From positions 190,739,550 to 190,803,549 of the forward strand of contig NC_068982.1 of assembly GCF_001194135.2 (NCBI RefSeq): a stretch of 64,000 nucleotides of DNA, read 5' to 3'. Below, in pieces: positions 51,813-63,399 of the stretch (positions within the stretch are counted from its first letter, which is position 1; each line of letters starts with the position of its first letter). The translations under genes were made by a program, and so were the position numbers. Source of the stretch: Octopus bimaculoides. Its lineage: Eukaryota. The notes under the pieces are model-generated. The model did no database searches. It was given only the letters and a program-made list of their open reading frames with translations, and was not told the DNA's origin.

Positions 51813-54294
51813 CCAGCTATCTATCTGTCTACCTATAGACAGATATGTGTGTGTGTGTATTTATGTATGTGTATATATGTATATGTATGTCTATATATAT
51901 GGATTTATATGTATGTCTATATATATGGATTTATATGTATGTCTATATATATGGATTTATATGTATGTCTATATACGTATTTATATGTATATGTGTATGT
52001 ATATATGTGTATATACATATGCATGTATCTAGATATATGTGTGTATATAATGTGGAACAGTGGATCTCGAAGCTCACAAAGCTATTTATATTTGCATGCT
52101 GTTGTTTATAGCTTTATCATCCGTTTCAAAATCCAAGAATTATTTCACTTTCTTGCAAAAGTTTTCAAATCCTTATGACATCAGCTGTGTGTGTGCGTGA
52201 TAGTACACTATTGGTATGTGCATGTATGTATGTATGTACGTACCAAATCCAATATAAACCATAGATCCAACCCAGGGTTGTTTCCAGGTGTGGCACAGGT
52301 GTAAAAGAAGAACACAAATGAGGTTTAAAATTTTCTACAGCTGTTTCTGTAGCTTTTTATTGATGCCTTCGTTATGTTATCGAAACAGCTGTTGTAAATT
52401 TTAAATCTCATTTGTGTTCTTTATATATANNNNNNNNNNNNNNNNNNNNNNNNNNNNNNNNNNNNNNNNNNNNNNNNNNNNNNNNNNNNNNNNNNNNNNN
52501 NNNNNNNNNNNNNNNNNNNNNNNNNNNNNNNNNNNNNNNNNNNNNNNNNNNNNNNNNNNNNNNNNNNNNNNNNNNNNNNNNNNNNNNNNNNNNNNNNNNN
52601 NNNNNNNNNNNNNNNNNNNNNNNNNNNNNNNNNNNNNNNNNNNNNNNNNNNNNNNNNNNNNNNNNNNNNNNNNNNNNNNNNNNNNNNNNNNNNNNNNNNN
52701 NNNNNNNNNNNNNNNNNNNNNNNNNNNNNNNNNNNNNNNNNNNNNNNNNNNNNNNNNNNNNNNNNNNNNNNNNNNNNNNNNNNNNNNNNNNNNNNNNNNN
52801 NNNNNNNNNNNNNNNNNNNNNNNNNNNNNNNNNNNNNNNNNNNNNNNNNNNNNNNNNNNNNNNNNNNNNNNNNNNNNNNNNNNNNNNNNNNNNNNNNNNN
52901 NNNNNNNNNNNNNNNNNNNNNNNNNNNNNNNNNNNNNNNNNNNNNNNNNNNNNNNNNNNNNNNNNNNNNNNNNNNNNNNNNNNNNNNNNNNNNNNNNNNN
53001 NNNNNNNNNNNNNNNNNNNNNNNNNNNNNNNNNNNNNNNNNNNNNNNNNNNNNNNNNNNNNNNNNNNNNNNNNNNNNNNNNNNNNNNNNNNNNNNNNNNN
53101 ATATTACCTTCGTTTGATTTCTGTAGTAATCACCAGTGTATTTTTGGTGATTTAATAACAAGTTTTGACTGTTATTTCAAGCAGGTAGACATACTTAGTA
53201 TGTCATTTGATTAATTATATATATATATATTCATCCTTTTATCTTTTAATTAGGATGGAAGGGCAGGGCTACCACAATATGTGGGAGGGTTGTGAGAAAA
53301 TATCCTTAAACCAAATCCCTGTCCCAAAGCATTATAACAGACTGGGCAGCAATTAAAGGCAGTCAATTGCCCATGTGATGGTGTGTTGTGTGGATGTATT
53401 TGTTTGCAAAAAGTTCTGCAGAAATTTTGTTTCTTTTCCATGGCACCGCAGTACACTTTTGTAAAGTATTGGTGTTACAAAAGGCATCCAGCTATAGAAA
53501 TTTTGGTAACACATTGAAATTCTCCAATATCCAAAATTCCAGTTGTCCTTGAAACTATGGATTAATATGATGCAATATATACAGAATTACCATGGATTGC
53601 AAGTCATTAGTCTCTCTCCCCAGATCTCAGAGGATGCTTCTCTGCCTTTGGTAGATAGTTAGTGGGTTGTCTTCAATCTGCCCCTCACAGCTCTTGATTC
53701 ATTCTGTCTTAACTTCTTTGTTGATAATTATTTCTTTTTTTGTATTTTTCTTGCTTTGACTCTCAAACAACAATCACAAGTACAACCCTTTAGCATTCAG
53801 GAAAATAATGTTTATGTATTCACATCCTTTTTAATGCATTATTTTATAGCTTTGAGATTTTGATGATGTCATTGTTTATTTTTAAAGTGACACTGTAGGG
53901 TAGGTGTGAGCAGTCAGATCTGATCAGTTTGAAAATAAAACAGGCAGAATATTTGGGCTGGATAAGGGGCCAGTTTAAATGCTAATGGGTTAAATGAATT
54001 TAAGGTCCTTACAAATGATGAGTTAATGTTTTGCAGAGCACTTGTGGCAATCTGAACAACTGAATCATTCACTGTTTCATAGAAGCCACGAAGACATCAG
54101 CAGCTTCACTGAGTTTAAGATTTGCTGAAATTTAGGGTTTCTTCATTTCACCCTCCAGCTTTTTTTCGTTTTTTTCTTTTTATGAAGAGCATATTGAAGC
54201 TATCTTGTTTGTTCTCACCAATGAATAAAATCCATCTTCCAAACTAGCATAAATAACATCAGGATAGCTGACAATATTTAGAATATCCGAAGGA

Positions 54295-54520
54295 AGGCAG
54301 AGTGCCAGCAGAATTGTTACCCTCAATGGAAAAATTGCTTGGCAGCATTTCTTCCAACTTTATCTCATGAATTCAAATGCCACTGGAATTGACTTTGCCT
54401 TTTTGTCCTTTAGGGATCAATAAAAGTAAGTACCAGTTGAACACTGGGATCAATATAACCAACTTATCCCCACCCACCCCTGAAATTACTGGCCTTGTGC
54501 CAAAATTTGAAACCAATATT
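54295..54520 (+). mobile_element. SINE family B, CpG-decayed
   Basis: GGCAG...CAGAATTGTTA...GACTTTGCCTTTT...GGCCTTGTGCCAAAATTTGAAACC; no CG left in the copy. Confidence 0.7.
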
Positions 54521-54995
54521 TAGATCTGAAGACTTTCCAGATGTTGGAAATATGGAAACCTTTCGTAGAATTTCAACTTTTGTAATGCTTTATCATCCTC
54601 AAACAACATCCTTACTTTGCGGGTGTTCCAGGATTGTTCTACAATTATCAAATGCTACATCTGGATGAGTCTGTGTAGACTGTTGCATCATTTGATCTCT
54701 CTGTCTTTTTAATTCTGATTCTTCATCACTTTTCCATAATGACCATTCTTTCTTCATTTTTGTGAGATTTGGATGACACGTCTATAAATCTGAAGTTGCA
54801 GTAATTCCATCCTTGATTAACATTCAGTCCCAGTCCAAGTCCTATTACAATGTTCCACTCTCATCAGTTCCTACCTTAAACTCCTTTTCCACTTCTATAG
54901 TCACATCCTCCTCAAACACTCCATTTTCACAAAATCCCCCGCATGCATCACCTCCAGACTCATCTGTTTCCCACTTAAGTGACTTCTCTCTGCAC

Positions 54996-55220
54996 CAGCA
55001 GCTCCCAACCAGGCTCTTTGTGACCCTTACAGGTCCATATAACATTTTCTTGTTAAATACACCAAATATTTGAACAGTTTTCTTAATGCAATTCCAAATG
55101 ATATTTAATTTTAAAAACATGAAAGGATTTTTTAAATCATGGAACGGTTATGAGGGTCCACCTGAGTAAAACAGGAATCATAAGGGGTCCATAGAGAAGA
55201 AAAAGGGTTGAGAATCCCTT
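54996..55220. mobile_element. decayed hAT MITE
   Basis: CAGCAGCTCCCAACC...GGGTTGAGAATCCCT ends, with flanks CTCTGCAC / CTCTCTAC (6 of 8). Confidence 0.45.
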
Positions 55221-56244
55221 CTCTCTACCATGACTGAGGTTGCAGCTCTTTAGCTTCCATCCGTGTGGCTTTAGGCATGCATGAAAAGGTAGCTTAGGCA
55301 GTACCACCATCTCTTCAGAATATTCCCATAAAAACTGCTGAGGTGAACTCAAGAGTCTGTACTCATTTGTTCATGAATAATGTTGTTAACATTGCTAATT
55401 AAATGGTTTCATGGCTGCATGTTGTCAAGTTTGTTTTTAGATCACTTGAATCTTCCTCAGAACCACTTGTATCAAGAAAGGTCTCTATTGTTCTAATATC
55501 TTCACCTTTTAGCATTTAAACCAGCCATAGCAGGTTCAAATAGTCTCCATGTCATATGTTCAAACCAGCCAGATTCAGCTTCTCACACCAACCATACAAC
55601 ACCATTCACAAAATAAACGATTGCATCATAGAAATCTTGAAGCTACAAGACAATGCATAATTAATTCAAACCAATTTGAATAAATAAGCATTATGTTTGA
55701 CACAGGAATCTGAATGCTAATCACTTAACTTCTTTCTTTCTTTCTTTCTTTTTTCTTTTCGGTAATCCTCTCCATCTTGTTTATGTATTTATCAAACCTG
55801 TTCAGGGCACACCTTCATATACATAATGATTCTTCATATTTTTGTATTTCCTTGTATTTAGCATCAATTACCTTCCATTCCTCATCCTTGTCCAGCAATG
55901 AGTAAAACTCCACGTTTCCTGACTCACCTCCTTTCCAATGATACACATAATCTCAACTGACACAAACAGGATCTTTATCCTCCACTTCTCATAATCCTAT
56001 TCAGCCAGTTTCTCTACTTCCCTTTTGGCTGTGTCATCATCATTTCTTCCTCTTTCCCATTCTTCACACCCATTCATTTCATATTCCACCATATTATTTC
56101 TGCCTGCTTTCTCAGTCTTATCTTTTAAATGAGCAACATTATCTTCTTTATTATCACCACCATCTCCCGATCCAGGAGTTCCTCCATACTCAGCTTATTA
56201 AAAAACAGTTGTGTATGTGTATATATGTGGATATGTATGTATAT

Positions 56245-56460
56245 ATATATGTGGCCGTTTTCGTGCGGGTGACACGTAAAAGCACCCACTACACTCTCTG
56301 AGTGGTTGGCGTTAGGAAGGGCATCCAGCTGTAGAAACTCTGCCAAATTAGATTGGAGCCTGGTGTAGCCATCCGGTTGCACCAGTCCTCAGTCAAATTG
56401 TCCAACCCATGCTAGCATGGAAAACGGACGTTAAACGATGATGATGATGATGATGATGAT
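56245..56460 (+). mobile_element. SINE-like family D with (GAT)n tail
   Basis: GTAAAAGCACCCACTACACTCTC.GAGTGGTTGGCGTTAGGAAGGGCATCCAGCTGTAGAAAC...GGACGTTAAACGATGATGAT. Also at 57465-57715 (+) and 59880-60075 (-). Confidence 0.85.
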
Positions 56461-56549
56461 ATATATCATGAAGAAGAATGAAGAATTATGCCTCTTCAAA
56501 ATTTGTTTATTACAATTTTATTGTTCTATATTTAAGAGATGAGGACCTA

Positions 56550-56927
56550 TGTACATTATTTACACTATTTACATTTAATGGATATTTGTCCTTATCATGT
56601 TTGTTGTTAACACAACGTTTCGGCTGATATACCCTCCAGCCTTCATCAGGTGTCTTGGGGATATTTCGAACCAGGGTTCTCATTCCTAAGGTATTTTTTG
56701 ATGTTATTATTCAGGTCACTGCCTGGAATCGAACTCGGAATCTTGGGGTTAGTAGCCCACGCTCTTAACTACTATGCCATATGCCTGCGGGCATATGGCA
56801 TAGTAGTTCGAAATTTCCCCAAGACACCTCAAGATGGCTGGAGAGTATATCAGCCAAAACGTTCTGTTAACAACAAACAAGATGAGGACAAATATCTGTC
56901 AAATGTGAACAATATAAATAATGTACA
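56550..56927. mobile_element. head-to-head palindromic pair of a tRNA-headed, hammerhead-containing SINE-like element
   Basis: Outer arms (about 56550-56670 and 56806-56927) are inverted copies. Central 19-bp perfect IR AACTACTATGCCATATGCC-TGCG-GGCATATGGCATAGTAGTT. The minus copy has A-box TGGCATAGTAG and B-box GAGTTCGATTCC; the plus copy is internally deleted. Confidence 0.85.
56609..56654 (-). ncRNA. minimal type I hammerhead ribozyme, intact core
   Basis: GACAC-CTGATGA-A-GGCTG-gagggtatat-CAGCC-GAAA-CG-TT-GTGTT: stem I, stem II, both core boxes and a palindromic AACGTT stem III. Confidence 0.75.
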
Positions 56928-58001
56928 GTTTTATTCTCATTATGTTCCAATTTAACACATGTTTCTACTGGACAGGTGTTCTAATATCCTTTCATGTAGC
57001 ATTCATGTACATGTAGCTGATTCGGTTGTAGTGCATATGCATGTAAGGTAGACATTCCTATGCAGCTTTGTTGAAGGGTTTACCCACGTGAGTGGGTGAA
57101 TGATTCTGCATGTTCCCTATCATTCGATGTGGTTGGCCAGATCTGGATTATATCAGAGTACCAATAAGGTACCTGTCCAGATTCCAAATACCTATTCCTT
57201 TACATTTTATATACATATCATCTTCATCGTCATCATCATTTAACGTCCGGTCTCCATGCTGGCATGGATTAGGATGAATTGACATGAAGGTGACTAGCAT
57301 GGATATGTGTGTGTGTGTGTGTGTGTGTGTGTATACAAATATATAACCACACGCACATACATACATGCACATACACGCACATACATACACGCACATACAT
57401 ACATGTGCATTTACATTTGTGTATTCATATGTATATACCTATAGAAATATGTTTTGACTGGCTCCTGTGCCGGTGGCACGTAAAAGCACCATCCAAACGT
57501 GGCCGATGCCAGCCCCCTCTGGCCCCTGTGCCGGTAGTATGTAAAAAGCACCCATTACACTCTTAGAGTGGTTGGCGTTAGGAAGGGCATCCAGCTGTAG
57601 AAACGCTGCCATATCAGATTGGGGCCTGGTGCAGCCTCCTGGCTTCACAAACCCCCAGTCGAACTGTCCAACCCATGCCAGCATGGAAAATGGACGTTAA
57701 ATGATGATGATGATGTGTGTGTGGTTGTTTACATACATGCACATACACATGCACTCAGTTTTCAAAAGTATATACAACAGCCTCAAAATCCCATTTTATC
57801 TGTCCGGACATTACTCATTAGTTGCATGCTCAAACGGGTTAAATCATTAAAACCTGTACAAGTTTACTAAATACTAGATTAAGTATTTAAATGCCTCAAT
57901 TGACATTATTTTTTGTTTCCAGAAATAATTTTTTCAAAAATGATGCTGTCTATTTACTATTAAGATGTCTCTGTATATATATATATATATATGTGTGTAT
58001 A

Positions 58002-58035
<34 letters not shown>

Positions 58036-58297
58036 CACATGCACACATGCATGTGTGTGTGTGCACATCATATTGTTCTTGATTGTTTTAGCTTCCTCTT
58101 TTCCATGCCTGTCTGAGGCAGATTTTTTGTGGCCAGATGTCTTCCTTGTCACCAACCTTCACACATTTCAAAGCTTGGTAATAATTGCCAGTGGCCTCAC
58201 TTGTTTTTGTGGAATATTGGAAATGAATGCCTCTGCTTGTATGACAGGGACACTTGTTTAGAGCTATGAACACAAGGACACAAACACACACACACTT

Positions 58298-58328
<31 letters not shown>

Positions 58329-58339
58329 TATATCTATAT

Positions 58340-58460
58340 ATATATATACATGATAGGCTTCTTTCAGTTTCTATCTTCCAAATCTACTCAAAGCTTTGGT
58401 TAGCCAAGGACTTAGTACAGGGCACTTTCCCAAGGTGCCATACTGTGGAACTGAACCTCA
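58340..58460 (-). mobile_element. SINE family A fragment, CpG-decayed
   Basis: ATGATAGGCTTCTTTCAGTTTCTATC versus ACGACGGGCTTCTTTCAGTTTCTGTC/CCGTC in upstream copies. Confidence 0.75.
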
Positions 58461-58971
58461 TTCTTGTGCCTGTGTATATAACACACACAGATATAAGTGT
58501 GATTATATATATATATGTATTTTTATATATAGTGCTATACAAATTACACAACATTTACTTAGCATTTGGAATTCCATGTTTAGCCTTGTATATCAAAAGA
58601 GAAAAGTGTGAAGAGAACTTGTGTCCAAGTTTCCTTTCAGTTGTCTCCGTGGTTGGAAGGTAAGATCACAAAATAGATACTGAAAGAGAGAAATGAACCA
58701 CACAAGAGAATTGGTTTATAAACTGTTTATGTCATCTGACATCTTTCAGTGATGGTAATGAGTGAATCATATAATCTGTGTGAGGTACATTTTCTCAGTC
58801 TTCATCCAAAATTCGTACCCCATTGCATAAGTCAGCCATTTTACTGACTGAGACATGTATAAGGTGATGTAAATATATAATCTATGAACTAACTGTCCAG
58901 TTTTCGTACATACATACCTGTCATTTTATTTAAAAAATCGAAAATTAACCTTCTTCCCAACTCTTTATAAA

Positions 58972-59364
58972 AAGGTGTACTGATGGAATATCCCAGTGAA
59001 GACCTGAATAAAATGTAAGCACAACAGACCTGATATAGTGATTTGGGATGGAGAAGAGAAACTGAGCACAGTTGTGGAAATTAGCTGCCCAGCGGATGTT
59101 AACATAAAGCTGAAGATCAATGAAAAAGAGAACGCCTATGCTGAACTATTGAGAAATCTGCAGTTACTCTATCCAGATTACAAGTTCAGGTTTCTACCTG
59201 TAATTATTTGGGCATTGGGATATGCAACACACTACCTAAATTCCAATCTTGAGAAATTAGGTTTCTCAAAACCAGAAAGGAGATTGCTGATTCGAAGACT
59301 ACAGATCCAATCCACCACTGGAACTGTAAAAATCTGTAAAAGTTTCCAGAAGTTTATCATTTAA
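58972..59364 (+). mobile_element. R4/Dong-like non-LTR retrotransposon 3' end (RLE endonuclease)
   Basis: WNIPVKT*IKCKHNRPDIVIWD...VVEISCPADVN...EKENAY..L...YPDYKF...G...KICK.F..F* carries the PD-(D/E)xK-type RPD...E...K motif. Followed by (TACA/TGCA)n. Confidence 0.8.
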
Positions 59365-60342
59365 ATATATATGAACATGTCTAGATATGCAACTATATGC
59401 ATGAGAATGCATACATACATGCATGCATACATACATCATGCATACATACATACATGCATGCATGCATACATAGTTTATAAAATGCTGAAAACAGCTATGG
59501 TATTTTATGCTTTATAATACTTAAACAGATTTCAGCAAATTGCTGCACAGTTCCACAATCGCTTGTTCAAACATTATGTAATCTTGATGATGCACTTATT
59601 CGATGTTTAGCAAAAAGTGCCCTATGTGTTTCCTATATTTTATCATTACTAGCATATGGCTTATATTCCATACACTGGCCAATCCTGCTTGATATCAGTT
59701 TGATGCCCTGCATCATACTGTACAGGATATGGTAGTGGAGTGTGGCACCTTCTACTGAGCCTGATCTTTGGTTGTCTGGTGCACTTCATAGCGCATATAT
59801 ATCATAACATGCCTTTCAAAGCTCCCAAATATTATTGGTTTCTTTTTGTAGATTTATATCTGCGTAAATGTGCAAACGTAATCATCATCATCATCATCAT
59901 CATCATCCCTCTATGTCCCCTGCTGGCGTGGGTTGGATGGGTTGACAGCAGGTGGTAAGGAGCTACTCCACGTTCCAGAGTGTCTGCTTCGGCATGGATT
60001 CTACTGCTGGATGCCCTTCCTGATGCCAACCACGTTACAAAGTGGACTGGGTGCTTTTTACATGGCACCAGTACTGACAGGGGCACCAATTACTTTGCAA
60101 GCCTCATATATAATTGTAGAAATGTATGTATTTATGCATTATTGTAATGGCTGGTAGAGGGGGTGGCTCTGTCTCATCACCGTTGCCATTTAGTTCTGAG
60201 TTCGTCTTCATCTCTTTCGTGTTTAGTTCATCAAAAATATTATTTTAGGGTCCAACTAGTGTATTATATACGCGTGTTTTTCTTAATGTGTGTGTGTGTG
60301 TAAGCATAAGATGTTGTACACAAAGACGACATGTATGTGTAC

Positions 60343-60373
<31 letters not shown>

Positions 60374-60902
60374 CACACACACACACACACAGAGAAAATT
60401 GCGCAGGAGGACAAAGATGGGAAAAATCACACATAAGTCGGGACATCCTTCGTCAGTTATCTTCTAAAACTCATTACAATTTTGCGATATATATATATAT
60501 ATNNNNNNNNNNNNNNNNNNNNNNNNNNNNNNNNNNNNNNNNNNNNNNNNNNNNNNNNNNNNNNNNNNNNNNNNNNNNNNNNNNNNNNNNNNNNNNNNNN
60601 NNNNNNNNNNNNNNNNNNNNNNNNNNNNNNNNNNNNNNNNNNNNNNNNNNNNNNNNNNNNNNNNNNNNNNNNNNNNNNNNNNNNNNNNNNNNNNNNNNNN
60701 NTATATATATATATATATATATATATAAAAGTAAATGAGTATATGCATATATACGTACAGGTATGTGCATACCGACATCCACCTGTATGTATAGGTGCAT
60801 ATCTGGGTACAGGACATTGCACACAAACGTAGACGAGAACACACGAGCCACATAGAGAACATTCTACTTCTTCAGCTACCCACGTTTTAACACCGGCGTT
60901 TC

Positions 60903-60941
<39 letters not shown>

Positions 60942-61166
60942 TCGCTTGGGTATCTATCTATCTATCTGTCTGTCTGTCTGTCTTTTAATACACACACACA
61001 CACACATCCGTATGTTCATTTATAATTAGACGCTCTGTTCAGATGTACATCACCGGCAGTGGCTCCATTCTACATGCAGGGTAATTAAATAGTACGTATG
61101 CACATACGCATACGTACGCTCACATGCACGTGCATGTACACGTGCATACAACACACACACACACAC

Positions 61167-61286
61167 ATAATTGGCAGAAGTTACAGAGTGACTCAAGGAC
61201 CGAGAGTCTCGTGCGTTGGCTCTTTGGTAAGTGCCAACGTACATAACTCTCAGCCCTGGAGTCACTCTCTAACTTCTGCCAATTAT
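61167..61286. repeat. 120-nt self-complementary hairpin (MITE-like)
   Basis: ATAATTGGCAGAAGTTACAGAGTGACTC / GAGTCACTCTCTAACTTCTGCCAATTAT, with inner pairs GAGAGT/ACTCTC and CGTTGGC/GCCAACG and a 12-nt loop. Confidence 0.85.
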
Positions 61287-61632
61287 TATTATAATAGTAA
61301 ATAATGTGTGTGTGTGTGTGTCTGTAAGCGTGTATGTACCTATAAATGATGTATAATTTCGGTGCGAATGCTTGTTTTTTTCTTTTATACATCGCCGTTT
61401 TTACAATCCTGTAAATAAGAATAAGCTTAAAGCTTATGGCGTTCACCATGCAATGACCGAGGAAAATAGTCTAATAAAGGGGCATAGAAGCCCTCGACAG
61501 AAAAAGAAGGCTTTTCTATCCGCGTGGGAGTCGAACCCACATCCATTTGTTAAAGCGACGAAGTGTGTTACCTATATAATTTATAATATATACTCATGCT
61601 TTGACTTCTGTTTTACCTGTTTGCATCACCAG

Positions 61633-61674
<42 letters not shown>

Positions 61675-62306
61675 CATACATACATGCATACATACATACG
61701 TGTGTGTGTGTGTGTGAGATACTCTTTATAAATAGCTTTATATTTGCCTCCTCCAGTTGTGAGTAGCGCTGACTGAAGGCTGTGCAAATGAATTCTTTGC
61801 TGGAGTCTGTCTGACTGTCTGTCTTTTTCACCCTCCCCTCCCCCCTCTCTCTTTCTCTCACGCAAACAAACCTTAAGATGTTTTCTGTTGATACACCTTC
61901 ACTTTGATGATGTTTCTACGCACATTACGACTAGTCTATGTACACACACATACACATATACGCACACTTGTATTCTCATATATATATATATACTATTGGC
62001 TGGTTTTTTGTTATTATTTTTGTTTGTTTGTTGTATAAAAAGAAGCAATTTCTCAAAATCGAAACTAGATCTCGCCTCTTTTTGACGCTCCTCATTCACA
62101 ATGTATGAATGGGTATGTGTGTATGTGGGAGAGAAGGAGTGAGTGGTATACGCGGAAATTTCTGTCTGAGCTTGCATATATATATATATAATAATAATAA
62201 TAATAATATTAGGGACAAAATCCAAAATTACAGGTAAAAACTCAATTAAAATCAATTTATAAAAAATTAAAATTAAATTGAGCTTTATAGATAAAATATA
62301 TATAAA

Positions 62307-62829
62307 ATATATAGTTTTAGGGAAAATAACCAAGTTTCAAGAACTCATCGATGAAAATCCACTATCACATATAGAAAAATTAATAATTAAAAGCACAATA
62401 AATGAGTATAATATAAAGTAAAGTAAATATCATAAGATAAATATAATATAATATAAATATAATATATATTATATTTATATTTCGGAGATGCACTTGCATA
62501 GCAAGTGACCTGATCTGAGATCGTGTGCTGGAACGAAAACAATTGCAGCGTGGAAGGTGTTTATAAGCCATTTAAAATAACACACAAAAACCGTTAGATT
62601 CACTTCAACATTTAAATTTAATTTGTCAAAATATTTCCGTCGCTTTGAGACCGCGACCTGTTCACTCACAAAATTCTGTGCATATTATATTATATTTATC
62701 TTATGATATTTACTTTACTTTATATTATACTCATTTATTGTGCTTTTAATTATTAATTTTTCTATATGTGATAGTGGATTTTCATCGATGAGTTCTTGAA
62801 ACTTGGTTATTTTCCCTAAAACTATATAT
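62307..62829. repeat. 144-bp apparently perfect inverted repeat with 235-bp spacer
   Basis: 62307-62450 equals the reverse complement of 62686-62829; no mismatch seen by eye. Confidence 0.9.
62622..62672 (-). ncRNA. hammerhead-like motif with swapped G3-C8 core
   Basis: TTTGTGA-GTGAACA-G-GTCGC-ggtctcaaa-GCGAC-GGAAA-TAT-TT-TGACAAA. Confidence 0.45.
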
Positions 62830-62988
62830 ATGCGTATACACGCGCGCGCGCATATGGATGCATGGATGCGTGTATTATTCCGTATGTCTGCAGATGTGTG
62901 TGCATGCTTGAGACTTGTTTGAACTCTAAACAAAGCCGTTCACCGCATTTTGCCATGGAGAACATTCTCAGACAAATAGGTCTATATC

Positions 62989-63319
62989 CGAGGGTGAGTC
63001 AGAAAGTAATGCCATTTTGTTTGGGACAGGTTTAATTACCAACACAGGAACATGTATCATACATCAAAATGAAGCTGGTCCTCTGTGGATCACATCCCTA
63101 CTTCTCAACATAGTCACCGTTCCTCTCAATAGCAATGTTCCACCTTCGAATGAGAGCATGTATCCCTGCCCCGTAAAATTCTGTTGACTGTTCTTTGAGT
63201 CACTTCTTCACTACAGTTTTCACTTCCTCGTCACTGGAATAATATTTGCCTCTCAGACCCTCTTTCGTGGGGCCGAAGAGATGATAGTCTGAAGGCGCTA
63301 AATCTGGTGAGTGTGGAGG
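62989..63319 (-). mobile_element. mariner 3' fragment with TIR
   Basis: PPHSPDLAPSDYHLFGPTKEGLRGKYYSSDEEVK...RRWNIAIERNGDYVEK* (63319-63098, one internal stop). TIR CGAGGGTGAGTCAGAAAGTAATG. Confidence 0.9.
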
Positions 63320-63399
63320 TAGTGAAGCAGTGACTCAAAGAACCTGTTTACGTTTGTCACACACTGTCACACCTATCTGTCTGTCTGCCTGTCTATATA

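Noticed and set aside
53250-53456. Cys/His-containing 68-aa minus-strand ORF
   Set aside because: No valid zinc-finger spacing and no recognisable family.
61515-61575. B-box-like GGGTTCGACTCCC on the minus strand as a tRNA gene
   Set aside because: No A-box or cloverleaf; at most a decayed SINE head.
62505-62550. CTGATCTGA...GAAAACAATTG in the IR spacer
   Set aside because: The core is non-canonical and there is no convincing stem I or II.
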